NCBI GenBank assembly: GCA_013820855.1 | Contig: JACDHV010000002.1 | Coordinates: 1-48,821, forward strand | Reading direction: 5' to 3' | Origin: Gemmatimonadales bacterium | Lineage (GTDB): Bacteria; Gemmatimonadota; Gemmatimonadetes; Gemmatimonadales; GWC2-71-9 | Length of the DNA stretch: 48,821 nucleotides | Shown: positions 15,186 through 23,878 of the stretch, piece by piece | Layout of the letters: every line of letters begins with the position of its first letter | Numbering within the stretch: the first letter of the stretch is position 1 | Translations under genes and position numbers: made by a program | The notes under the pieces: generated by a model | What the model was told of the DNA's origin: nothing | The model's input: only the letters and a program-made list of their open reading frames with translations | The model's database searches: none

Positions 15186-16505
15186 ATGAGTTTTCTGCGC
15201 CGGTGGTGGGCCGGGGTCTGGTCCAGCCTGTGGTTCATCCCGGGCCTGATCGTGGTGGGGTCCGCCGGTGCGGCCGTGCTGCTGGTCGAGATGACCCTGC
15301 CCTTCGGCGACGCAGCCCTCCGGTGGCCTCGGCTCCTGGGAGCGGGGGCGGAGGGATCCCGGGGCATGCTGACGGCGGTCGCCACCTCGATGATCACCGT
15401 CGCCGGCGTGGTGTTCTCCATCACGATCGTGGTCCTGTCGCTGGCCTCCAGTCAGTACACCTCGCGGGTCCTCCGGAGCTTCATGATCGACCGGGCCAAT
15501 CAGGCGGTCCTGGGCGTGTTCGTCGGCATCTTCGCCTACTGCCTGGTCGTCCTGCGCACCATTCGGAGTGGGGACGAAGGGGTGTTCGTCCCCTCGCTCG
15601 CGGTTCTCGGCGGAGTGGTGCTGGCCTTCGTGGGCATAGGCTTCCTGGTCTACTTCATCCACCACATCGCGACCGCCATCCAGGCCTCGTCGATCCTTGC
15701 CGCGGTGGCGGAGGACACGCTCCGGGCCGTGGACCGGATGTTTGCCGAACAGGTGGGTGGGGCGGCGAATGATGAGGCGGCCTCCGCCAGGGAACAGGAC
15801 GCGCGGGTGCGGCACCGGCTGCCGGTCCCGGCGGGCCGGTCGGGCTACATCCAACTGGTGGACGACAAGGTGCTGCTCGAGGTCGCCCATCGGGGCGACA
15901 CGGTGGTACGAATGGAACGGAGCGTCGGCGAGTTCGTGATCGAGGGGGCCGTGCTGGCGGTAATCGAGGTGGAGGAAGCCGGCACTGCGCGGGAGGACAT
16001 CGGACGTCTGGCGGGCGCCTTCACCATCGACCGACAGCGCAGCGTTGACCAGGACCCGGCCTACGGGATCCGTCAGATCGTGGATGTGGCGCTGAAGGCG
16101 CTCTCGCCCGGCATCAACGACAGCACGACCGCGGTCATGTGCGTGGACTATCTGACGGCCATCCTCAGCCGGGTAGCCTGCCGCCACATCCCTTCGCCCC
16201 TGCGTACTCGGGACGGCGTTCTTCGGGTCATCGCCCGGGGGCCGTCGTTCGGCACGTTGATGGACGAAGCCTTCGATCAGATCCGGCAGCACGGCGGCGG
16301 AAACGTGGCGGTGCTGGGACGGCTGATCTGGGCCTACCGGTCGCTTTCCGAGCTTTCGATCGGGCCCGCCCAGCGCCGCCTCCTGCTCGACCATGTCGCC
16401 GCGCTGCGGGAAGCGATCCAGCGCACGGTCCCGTCACCCACCGAGCGCCGGGAGCTCGAGGCCGATCTGGATGAGCTGACCCTCCGGTTGGTCGAACCGG
16501 CCTAA
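15186..16505 (+). CDS. Multi-pass membrane protein (recalled DUF2254 family)
   Basis: Internal ATG at codon 84 of ORF 14937..16505, after an AGGAG SD: MSFLRRWWAGVWSSLWFIPGLIVVG...SMITVAGVVFSITIVVLSLASSQYTSRVLRSF. 439 aa. Confidence 0.8.
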   Translation: MSFLRRWWAGVWSSLWFIPGLIVVGSAGAAVLLVEMTLPFGDAALRWPRLLGAGAEGSRGMLTAVATSMITVAGVVFSITIVVLSLASSQYTSRVLRSFMIDRANQAVLGVFVGIFAYCLVVLRTIRSGDEGVFVPSLAVLGGVVLAFVGIGFLVYFIHHIATAIQASSILAAVAEDTLRAVDRMFAEQVGGAANDEAASAREQDARVRHRLPVPAGRSGYIQLVDDKVLLEVAHRGDTVVRMERSVGEFVIEGAVLAVIEVEEAGTAREDIGRLAGAFTIDRQRSVDQDPAYGIRQIVDVALKALSPGINDSTTAVMCVDYLTAILSRVACRHIPSPLRTRDGVLRVIARGPSFGTLMDEAFDQIRQHGGGNVAVLGRLIWAYRSLSELSIGPAQRRLLLDHVAALREAIQRTVPSPTERRELEADLDELTLRLVEPA

Positions 16506-16554
16506 GTCCCGGAATCAGTAGGGCGGTCGCAACCCGTCGCCGCATCAGTTCCGC

Positions 16555-17636
16555 TCATCGAAGAGCTCGGGCGCACGCGTCGGCGCGGCCCAACAGCACC
16601 TCGCGCTCGCGGGCGTTGCGGGTGAGCGATGCCGCGCGCTCGAACTCGGCGCGGGCCTCGTCGAAGCGGCCGAGCTTGTCGAGCAGATCGCCCCGCACGG
16701 CCGGAAGGAGGTGGTAGGACTTGAGCATCGGCTCCGCGGTCAGCGCGTCCACCCGCTCGAGGCCCGCCGCCGGCCCGAAGGCCACCGAGACCGCGACCGC
16801 CCGGTTCAGCTCCACCACGGGGGAGGGCGCGATCCGGGCCAGCTGCTCGTACAGCGCCGCGATGCGTTCCCAGTCCGTGTCGTCCGGCGTGCGAGCCCGC
16901 GCATGGCACGCGGCGATCGCGGCTTGCAATGCGTAGGAGCCGGAGGCCCCACCCAGCTCCCCGGCCCGTCGAAGCTTGGCCAGACCACGCCGGATGAGGA
17001 GTTGATCCCAGCGGCCGCGGTTCTGCTCGAGCAGGAGAATGGGCTCCCCCTCCGGCCCGATGCGCGCCTTGGATCGCGACGCCTGGATCTCCATCAGCAC
17101 GACCAGCCCATGCACCTCGGGCTCCTCGGGAGCGAGGCCGGCCAGAATCCGTCCCAACCGGAGTGCGTCCTCGCACAACGCCGGCCGCATCCAGTCGTCG
17201 CCGGCGGTGGCCGCGTAGCCCTCGTTGAACACGAGATAGAGGACCTCGAGCACCGACGACAGCCGGGCGGCGAGCTCGGGGCCCCGGGGGACCTCGAACG
17301 GTACCTTCGCCTCGGCGAGGGTCCGTTTGGCCGGACGATCCGCTGCGCGATGGTGGCGGTGGAAACCAGGAAGGCCCGGGCGATCTCCTCGGTCGTGAGA
17401 CCACCGAGCAGGCGGAGCGTGAGCGCGACCCGCGCCTCGGTCGAGAGGACCGGATGACAGGCGGTGAACATCAGGCGCAGCAGGTCGTCGCCGACGTGAT
17501 CGTCGATCGCGGCGTCGAGATCCGGCACGGCCGCCTCCTGGCGGGCCTCGAGCTCGTGCCCGAGCTGCTGCCGCGCGCTCATCGAGACGGTGGGCCTCAG
17601 GCTTTCCACCGCCACCGGCAGAGAACCTGGCGTCAA
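16555..17636 (-). pseudogene. ECF sigma factor with a long C-terminal (ECF42-like) extension, 5'-truncated and frameshifted
   Basis: Frame of ORF 17094..17636: ...DDLLRLMFTACHPVLSTEARVALTLRLLGGLTTEEIARAFLVSTATIAQRIVR. Frame of ORF 16555..17715 continues (A)KRTLAEAKVPFEVPRGPELAARLSSVLEVLYLVFNEGY... to the C-terminus. A single missing base near 17331 (CGGCCAAAC where CGGGCCAAAC is expected) splits the frames. The whole sigma-2 region is absent upstream. Confidence 0.75.
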
Positions 17637-17680
17637 CCTGGACCGTACCCCGCCGCGGCCCCGGACGTCCAGGTGGATGA

Positions 17681-17902
17681 CAGTCCCCGCCAGCCGGGAG
17701 CACCGACCTGGCCATCTCCCGGCGTGACCTCGCGATCGCGCTGAGGCGGCTGGGACGCTACGAGGAAGCGGAGAAGCTGCTGCTGGAGAGCTATCCGGTC
17801 ATGCTCGACCGCTGGGGTGATGACGGCCCGGCCGTGGCCGCCACCCGACAGGCAGTGGCGGAGCTGGGCCGGCTCACGGGAAGGCCGCCAGCGCTGCCGT
17901 GA
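17681..17902 (+). pseudogene. C-terminal TPR-repeat tail of a lost gene
   Basis: Start-less open frame not present in the ORF track: ...DLAISRRDLAIALRRLGRYEEAEKLLLESYPVMLDRWGDDGPAVAATRQAVAELGRLTGRPPALP*. This is the typical final TPR of kinase- or regulator-type proteins. Confidence 0.45.
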
Positions 17903-17904
17903 CT

Positions 17905-18597
17905 CTAGACGCGGCCCGCCTTCGCCGGGTCGCCGGCATTGGCGCGGAACGCCTCCTGCCGCTCCGGCTTTGCCTCGGCCAGCGCGCGGCGCACCGCTTC
18001 CGCGTCGGCGTCGGCCCCGTACACCGGCGTGCCGGGCTGCTGCCGCCACGACTCGTCCAGGCTTCCCGCGTCCACCCCGTCGAACCCCAGCTCGTCGAGC
18101 AGGCGGATGACCACGTCCTTGGCCCGAGGGTCGTCGCCCGCCACCGGCAAGGCGATGCGGTCGGGCGATCCCTCCGGCTTCCCTCGCTCCAGCAGGTTCC
18201 GGGCGTAGATGCTGTTGAGCGCCTTGACGACCGGCCGGCGGAGCTGGTCGGCGACCCACCGGCTCTCGGTGGTACCGTTCTCGATCGGGTCGATCCTGCC
18301 GTCACGCTGCTGCGGGTAGTAGTTGCCGGTGTCCACCACGACCACCTCGTCGGGAACGCCGTCGAACAGGCCGGCCGGCAGGCGGGCAACGTTCTTCTCC
18401 GGTATGGTCACGATCACCACCTCCCCGGCACGCGCGGCTTGCTCCACGGGCACCGGCCTGGCTCCGGACTCTTTCGCCAGCGCGGCCAGCGACTCGGGCC
18501 CCCGCGAGTTGGCGATGGACACGTCATGGCCAAGCGCCGTCAGACGGCGCGCCAACGCGCCGCCGATGTTGCCCGCGCCGATGATGCCGATTCTCAT
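17905..18597 (-). CDS. NADP-binding oxidoreductase (NpdG/F420-reductase-like, Rossmann fold)
   Basis: 230 aa beginning MRIGIIGAGNIGGALARRLTALGHDVSIANSRGPESL. The length is normal for the family. Confidence 0.85.
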   Translation of the reverse strand: MRIGIIGAGNIGGALARRLTALGHDVSIANSRGPESLAALAKESGARPVPVEQAARAGEVVIVTIPEKNVARLPAGLFDGVPDEVVVVDTGNYYPQQRDGRIDPIENGTTESRWVADQLRRPVVKALNSIYARNLLERGKPEGSPDRIALPVAGDDPRAKDVVIRLLDELGFDGVDAGSLDESWRQQPGTPVYGADADAEAVRRALAEAKPERQEAFRANAGDPAKAGRV

Positions 18598-18606
18598 GCT
18601 CCCCTC

Positions 18607-19191
18607 CTATCGATCGATGAACGTCATCATCTTCTCGTTGTACCTCGGCCCCGCCACCACCTCTGGCGGCAGCGCCCGGTCGAGCTCCGCGATCTCCCCC
18701 GGGTCGAGAGCCAGTGACGCGCCGCCGGCGTTCTCCTCCAGGTACCGCCGCCGCTTGGTGCCCGGGATGGGCACGATATCATCGCCCTTGTGCAGCAGCC
18801 AGGCGAGTGCCACCTGCGCGGGTGTGGCGCCTCTCCGCCGTGCCAGCTCGGTGACGACGGACGCCGCCCGCATGTTGGCATCGAAGTTGGCGCCCTGGAA
18901 CCGGGGATCTCCCCCCAGGCCGATGCCAAGCTCGCGGAGGACCGGGATGATGTCGCTCTCCAGGTTCCGCTCCCACAGGGAATATTCGTGCCGACGAGCT
19001 GACCGCCCTCGATGTGGAAGCCGAACTTGGTGGCGAGGACGACCTGGTCGCGCTTGCCCTTCAGTGCCCGGCCAAGCAGCTCCTCGTTGGTGAAAAGGGC
19101 CGTAGGCCTCTGCAGTGTCGAGGAAGGTGACGCCGATCTCGATGGCGGAGACCTCCAGGCCCTGACCACCGAGCTTCCGGGTCGGGAGCAT
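18607..19191 (-). pseudogene. Aldo/keto reductase relic: still an open 194-codon frame, but with three internal deletions and a frame excursion
   Basis: From the ATG at 19191 the frame reads MLPTRKLGGQGLEVSAIEIG|VTFLDTAEAYGPF, then about 35 out-of-frame codons, then EYSLWERNLESDIIPVLRELGIGL|GGDPRFQGANF...VALAWLL...DIVPIPGTKRRRYLEENAG...RY. The ancestral TNEELLGRALKGKRDQVVLATKFGF segment sits in the frame of ORF 18627..19169. Typical family members are about 330 aa. Confidence 0.8.
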
Positions 19192-19721
19192 CACAGCCCC
19201 GCGTGCCTCCGCGCGACGTCCGCCAGCGCGGCCCAGTCGCGATCTCCTTCGCCCTGGGCGACGGCCTCGAGCAGGTGGTCGCGGAGAACGCTCGCGAACG
19301 GCATCGGCGTCCTCGCGCCCTCGGCCGCCTCCAGTAGCAGCCGCAGATCCTTCAGGCCGAGCACGAGCCCGAACGCGGCCGAGACGTAACCGACGCCATG
19401 GCGCCGGTGCTCCGCCGCCAGCTCCTCGGCGAGACGCACCGAGATCGTGGCCATGTTCACGTGGATGGTGCCGGGTGGGGCTTCTTCCAGCAGGTCCGGA
19501 GCGAGGAAGATCCCGCGCACGGCCTCGTCGTCGGCGAGCATCGAGAACACGGTGCCCGTGCAGGCCATGCGGGCCTCGCTCACCGGCTCGGCACCCTTGC
19601 GGGCGAGTTCCTCCACCGGCAGGCGACTTCGATTCCAGACGCGAAGCTGGTGCCCCGCCGCGAGCAGGTTGGCGGCCATCGCGCTGCCCATGGCGCCGAG
19701 TCCGATGAATCCCGCTTCCAT
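19191..19721 (-). CDS. 3-hydroxyisobutyrate/6-phosphogluconate-dehydrogenase-like NAD(P) oxidoreductase with a large in-frame internal deletion (probably non-functional)
   Basis: 176 aa. The N-terminal Rossmann part (MEAGFIGLGAMGSAMAANLLAAGHQLRVWNRS...HGVGYVSA) is joined directly to the C-terminal FGLVLGLKDLRLLLEAA...GEGDRDWAAL block. About 110 residues that normally lie between them are absent. Its stop shares one base with the start of the downstream AKR relic (TGATG). Confidence 0.65.
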   Translation of the reverse strand: MEAGFIGLGAMGSAMAANLLAAGHQLRVWNRSRLPVEELARKGAEPVSEARMACTGTVFSMLADDEAVRGIFLAPDLLEEAPPGTIHVNMATISVRLAEELAAEHRRHGVGYVSAAFGLVLGLKDLRLLLEAAEGARTPMPFASVLRDHLLEAVAQGEGDRDWAALADVARRHAGL

Positions 19722-19775
19722 TGCCGTAACCTAGGTACGTCGATGCCGTGGGAGAACCGCGAGGAGCGGCGCGGG

Positions 19776-19910
19776 TCAGAACTCGATTTTGCCCACCACG
19801 CCTCGCACCGGGCCCAGCTTCCGCGAGACCCACTTCCCGCTGAGATGGCCCAGCAGGCCGCCGGTGAGCACGTCGGAGGTCCAGTGCCGGTCGTCGTTGA
19901 CCCTGGCCAT
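19776..19910 (-). pseudogene. C-terminal relic of a PAP2-family phosphatase
   Basis: Hand translation gives MARVNDDRHWTSDVLTGGLLGHLSGKWVSRKLGPVRGVVGKIEF*. This carries the third PAP2 motif (R-x5-H-x3-D). The rest of the protein is missing and a stop codon lies 19 codons upstream. Confidence 0.5.
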
Positions 19911-20012
19911 GGCGGTCACCCTGGAGGTGAATTGCGCTACCCGGGGGGCTCGGCGATGGGTCCGCTATCTCCTCCGGTGCGAAAGCTCGACGCGAGAAGA
20001 GAGCGGTGAAAT

Positions 20013-20627
20013 CTACGGGTGGGTCGCGGAGGCGGTTTCCCGGACGCCCACGATCACCGGCAGACCCCTCCCCACGCAGAGGGCCACGGCGAGCCAGGCG
20101 ACGGTGCGGAGCGCGGGCAGCATGAGCGCGGCGGCCGCGGAGGCGAAGGTGTGCGCCGGGAATTCCGAGAGAGCGCGCGCGAGGGCGAGGCCGCAGAACG
20201 CCGTCACCTTGGTGACCGAGTAGCCGGTCCGCATCCAGGACGAGCCGACCAGGAAGCGGGCGACGGTGCCGCGGTGCTGGTCGAATGGGGCGACTCCCCT
20301 GGCCACCCCGATGGTTCGGAGCGCATCGGTCATGGTGGTCCGCGCCACCACGATGAGCGGTATCGCCGCCGGGATCATGCCGAGGTCGGCGAAGCACACC
20401 CACAGCACCAGCTCGTAGGTCCGGTCCGCCGCGATGTCGAGGACGCTGCCGAAGAGCGTCGTGCGTCCGGTCCTCCGGGCCACGAGGCCATCCACCGTGT
20501 CGAGCATGAGGCCCAGGAAGAGCAGGGCTGCGCCGGTGAGCTGGAGGGCAGGGGATCCCCGGTACAGGATCACGACGCAGATCAGCAGGATCGGGAACCG
20601 GGACATCGTGATCCGGTTGGCCGGCAC
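20013..20627 (-). CDS. CDP-alcohol phosphatidyltransferase family protein
   Basis: 204 aa with DTVDGLVARRTGRTTLFGSVLDIAADR, which matches D-x2-DG-x2-AR-x8-G-x3-D-x3-D. Multi-pass membrane profile. Confidence 0.85.
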   Translation of the reverse strand: MPANRITMSRFPILLICVVILYRGSPALQLTGAALLFLGLMLDTVDGLVARRTGRTTLFGSVLDIAADRTYELVLWVCFADLGMIPAAIPLIVVARTTMTDALRTIGVARGVAPFDQHRGTVARFLVGSSWMRTGYSVTKVTAFCGLALARALSEFPAHTFASAAAALMLPALRTVAWLAVALCVGRGLPVIVGVRETASATHP

Positions 20628-20750
20628 GGCTCGCCTCCAGGCGTTTTACCCAGGGTGGCGGGCCGGCGTCCTCTGCGCGTGACTTGTGCGGAGCGACCAC
20701 GTACCCGCCGCGCGTCGCGCGTGTCACGGGGAGACATTACGATTGGCGGC

Positions 20751-21710
20751 ATGAACGCCCTGGTCTTGAGCGGCGGGAACATCAAGGGCGCCTACCAGGC
20801 GGGCATCGTCTCCACCCTCCTCCAGGCCGGCTATGTCCCCCAGATCGCCACCGGAGTGTCGGTCGGCGCACTCAATGCCGGCTATCTGGCAGGCCTCGCG
20901 CCGTCAGGGACGGCGCCCGACTGGCCGGCCATCGGCCGGAGACTGGAGGCCTTCTGGCGCGAGCACGTCACCGGCGCCGAGAGCTTCGTCAGGAAGCGCG
21001 GCATTCCCGCCGTGCTGTGGAGCCTGATCCGCAAGCGCTGGCAGGGTCTGTTGGATACCGGACCGCTGGGGGATGTGGTGCGGAAAGAGCTGGCCACGGC
21101 CGACCCGCGGAGGACGTCGTTACGGCTCCGCGTGGGCGCGGTGAACATTCTGACGGGCGATCTGGTCTACAAGGACAGCAGCGAGCCGAGGCTGGTGGAC
21201 TACATCCTCGCGAGCGCCGCGGAGCCGGTGGCGATGCCGCTTCAGGTAATCGGCGATCAGCCGTACTACGACGGCGGCTTGCGCGACATCGCGCCCCTCA
21301 AGCAGGCGATCGACATGGGTGCCACCCGGGTCGTCTGCGCCCTGTGCCAGACGGCGGGCGTCGGCCCGGTCGAGCGCGGCTTCGATCGCGGCGACGCCTT
21401 TCATCTCGTGTCGCGGGTCGTGGCCATCACCAGCAACGAGATCGTGCGCAACGACATCGAGACGTTCCTGGAGATCAACCAGCAGCTCCTGATCGACCGG
21501 AGCCAGCCGATGCTCGCCGACAAGCGCTACATCCCGATTCTGGTGATCCGGCCAGCCCAGCCGATCCCATTCGACCTGGAGCATTTCACCTCGGCCGACA
21601 TCGCCCGAATGATCGACCAGGGACGGGCCGACACGGTTCGAGAAGTGCGGGCGGCGCAGGCCGATCCCGGTCATTCCGGCCACGAGATCGCCAGGGATCT
21701 CCGGGTCTGA
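20751..21710 (+). CDS. Patatin-like phospholipase
   Basis: Internal ATG of ORF 20019..21710: MNALVLSGGNIKGAYQAG (oxyanion hole), GVSVG (GxSxG nucleophile) and YDGGL (catalytic Asp). 319 aa. Confidence 0.9.
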   Translation: MNALVLSGGNIKGAYQAGIVSTLLQAGYVPQIATGVSVGALNAGYLAGLAPSGTAPDWPAIGRRLEAFWREHVTGAESFVRKRGIPAVLWSLIRKRWQGLLDTGPLGDVVRKELATADPRRTSLRLRVGAVNILTGDLVYKDSSEPRLVDYILASAAEPVAMPLQVIGDQPYYDGGLRDIAPLKQAIDMGATRVVCALCQTAGVGPVERGFDRGDAFHLVSRVVAITSNEIVRNDIETFLEINQQLLIDRSQPMLADKRYIPILVIRPAQPIPFDLEHFTSADIARMIDQGRADTVREVRAAQADPGHSGHEIARDLRV

Positions 21711-21819
21711 CCCCCTCGACCCTGCGGTCTGGACCGGCCGCCAGGCGATGCACCGGCGGCGCATTGCGCCCCCCGAGCGGTGCTCCTACAGTTCAAGTGA
21801 CCCGTCGCTGGAGCACAGC

Positions 21820-22011
21820 GTGAAAGGCCGCATCTCCAAGACATTGGAAACGATCCTGCTCGACCCCGGCGCGCGGCGGCAATTGCGCGAGCACCTCATC
21901 AAGGGCCGCGACGGCTGGGTCAGGATGAACGGCAAGACGTACCGGGTACAGATCGACGTCATGACCAGGGCGAAAGGCCCGCTGACCGGGGGACTCGCGG
22001 CAGCGGGATGA
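21820..22011 (+). CDS. 63-aa hypothetical protein (start uncertain; the ORF-track start is 21748)
   Basis: GTG at 21820 after a GGAG SD: (M)KGRISKTLETILLDPGARRQLREHLIKGRDGWVRMNGKTYRVQIDVMTRAKGPLTGGLAAAG. The stop overlaps the next ATG (ATGA). Confidence 0.5.
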   Translation: MKGRISKTLETILLDPGARRQLREHLIKGRDGWVRMNGKTYRVQIDVMTRAKGPLTGGLAAAG

Positions 22012-22832
22012 ACTTCGCCTTTCCGGCCCTCCTCGTTTTCCTGTTGCTCCTTCCAGGCATCGTTCTCCGTTACAGCTACGCCCGCGGCCCCTGGGGCTGG
22101 GCGAGTCCGACGTCGCTGCGGCGTGTCTCCGAGGAGCTGGCCTACGGGGTGGCTTTCGCCCTCGTGCTGCACGTGGTGTGGCTCGCGATCGTGGGGCGGC
22201 TGGGCTACCAGCCTGACGTGGACGCGATGTTCCTGCTGCTGGTGGGGAGCTTCGGGGACGGCGGCGATCACCTGGACCGCGTGCGCTCCTCGGTCGCGGC
22301 CCACTACGGCGGCGTCGCCGGGTATCTCGTGTCGCTCTACGCGGCGGCCGGCATCGCCGGGAATCTCGGGCACCGCGCCGTGCGGCGGCTCAAGCTCGAC
22401 CATCTCACCAAGACCTTCCGCTTCGACAACTACTGGTACTACATGCTTACCGGGGAGGTGCTCGACTTCCGGGAGAACGCCGGCGAGGGCAGGGCGGTGG
22501 ACGGCGTCTACTTCTCCGCGGTGGTGGACCACGCGTCGGGCAGCTATCTCTACCGCGGGATCGTGTCCGATTTCACCTTCGACCGCGACGGCGCGCTGGA
22601 CACGATCGTGCTGACCGACGCGCACCGACGGAGGCTGGTGGACGACCGCGAGGAAGAGGAGCCCACCGCGCACGTCGGCCCCGTGGAGCCGGACGAACGC
22701 TACTACGAGATCCGGGGCGATTTCCTCATCCTCCGCTACGCGGAGATCCGGACGCTCAACCTCGACTATTTCGCCGTCACGCTCATCGAGAGCATGCCCG
22801 CCGCCCTGGAGGGAAGCGTCGCCCAGAGCTGA
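22008..22832 (+). CDS. 274-aa membrane protein of unknown function (three N-terminal TM helices plus a soluble domain)
   Basis: MNFAFPALLVFLLLLPGIVLRYSY...FRFDNYWYYMLTGEVLDF.... It is translationally coupled to the preceding small ORF and followed by a terminator. Confidence 0.75.
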   Translation: MNFAFPALLVFLLLLPGIVLRYSYARGPWGWASPTSLRRVSEELAYGVAFALVLHVVWLAIVGRLGYQPDVDAMFLLLVGSFGDGGDHLDRVRSSVAAHYGGVAGYLVSLYAAAGIAGNLGHRAVRRLKLDHLTKTFRFDNYWYYMLTGEVLDFRENAGEGRAVDGVYFSAVVDHASGSYLYRGIVSDFTFDRDGALDTIVLTDAHRRRLVDDREEEEPTAHVGPVEPDERYYEIRGDFLILRYAEIRTLNLDYFAVTLIESMPAALEGSVAQS

Positions 22833-22877
22833 GCCGAATCGCCGCGGGTGACGACGTCGGAACCATGTGCTATGCTG

Positions 22878-22917
22878 AGAGGGGGCGGCGGTCAGCCGGC
22901 CCCCTCTTTACTCTTTC
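22878..22917 (+). terminator. Rho-independent-type terminator
   Basis: AGAGGGGGCGGC-GGTCA-GCCGGCCCCCTCT forms a 12-bp stem with one bulge. It is followed by TTTACTCTTT, 46 nt after the stop at 22832. Confidence 0.55.
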
Positions 22918-22930
22918 GGTGAGGTGCTGC

Positions 22931-22978
22931 ATGCAGGAGCTCATCAACCAGGTCGCCCAGCGCACCGGCACCAAGTAG
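22931..22978 (+). other. 15-codon mini-ORF MQELINQVAQRTGTK*: either a relic of an HU/IHF-family N-terminus or a leader peptide
   Basis: A GGTGAGGTG SD lies 5 nt upstream. ELINQVA..TG..K resembles the HU N-terminus (M.K.ELI..VA...g.sK) and is cut by a TAG. A GGTCAGG...CCTGACC hairpin (22980-23017) follows. Confidence 0.3.
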
Positions 22979-23143
22979 CGGTCAGGGGGTGTTTCGGTCC
23001 CGCCTGATGGCCTGACCTGGGAGCACACGGACCGGCCTACTGCGTCATGGATCACAGCGGGAGCGGTCCTTCCAGTGGAGCGGGGCCGGTTCGCCTGCCG
23101 GGACGATTAGCTTCTGGTATCGCCCCATCCCGAGAGTCTCCAG

Positions 23144-23878
23144 GTGACGGACCGCCACACCAATCCCGATCCTCCTCCAACCCGCCTCCCCCTGATCGGC
23201 GGGGCCCTGGCGCTGCTCGTGGCGGTCATGCCGGGAGCCGCCGGGGCGCAGCGCCAGGGCGGGGTGCCGCCGGAGGAGGTGGCGAGGGCCGTAGTGCTCG
23301 CGGACTCCACGGGGGATTGGGGCGCGCTGCTGCGGCTCGCCCATCCGGACGCCCTGATCCGGTTTCGCGGCCTCCAGACCTTCCAGCTGCGGATGCTGGG
23401 CACTCCGGAGCCGGTGATCGACACGCTGGCGGCCGATTCGATCGCCGCCGACTCCAGCCTCCAGGCCCGCTGGCATCGGGCTCGCACCCGCCAGGTGCGG
23501 TTCATGCTCGACTCCGTGTTCCAGGTTCCCGACCTGGACTCGCTGGCCCACACGTCCCCCGATACGGTGTTCGCCCGGTGGTTCCGGGGATCCCGGGCGA
23601 TACATGCCGGGGATTCGGGCGCGGTCGCCGCGAAGCGACCTCCCTCCTATCGGGTGATCGGCGCCGTCCGGGCGAGCGATACGCTGGCGTACGTCGTGGT
23701 GGAGCGGCCGGTGGTGCAGCCGCTCGGGCCGATGCCGCAGATGTTCCGCGACTTCCCCCACGAGACGCACCAGACCGAGGTCATGGTCATGCGGCGCTAC
23801 GGGCGGGAGTGGAGGAGCATGCTGGACGGCGTCGGCGAGCCCTACGGCTTCGGCGCCGAACTGGAGGCCGAGGAGTGA
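23144..23878 (+). CDS. Secreted hypothetical protein (signal peptide)
   Basis: 244 aa; GTG start. The N-terminus ...[24 protein letters not shown] looks like a Sec signal. Confidence 0.7.
   Translation: MTDRHTNPDPPPTRLPLIGGALALLVAVMPGAAGAQRQGGVPPEEVARAVVLADSTGDWGALLRLAHPDALIRFRGLQTFQLRMLGTPEPVIDTLAADSIAADSSLQARWHRARTRQVRFMLDSVFQVPDLDSLAHTSPDTVFARWFRGSRAIHAGDSGAVAAKRPPSYRVIGAVRASDTLAYVVVERPVVQPLGPMPQMFRDFPHETHQTEVMVMRRYGREWRSMLDGVGEPYGFGAELEAEE

Noticed and set aside
20751-21710. The patatin lipase as a CBASS (CapV-like) effector.
   Set aside because: There is no CD-NTase/cyclase, no Cap2/Cap3-like gene and no other recognisable sensor nearby, so a classical CBASS assignment is unsupported. 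The locus is kept only as an unexplained three-gene module.
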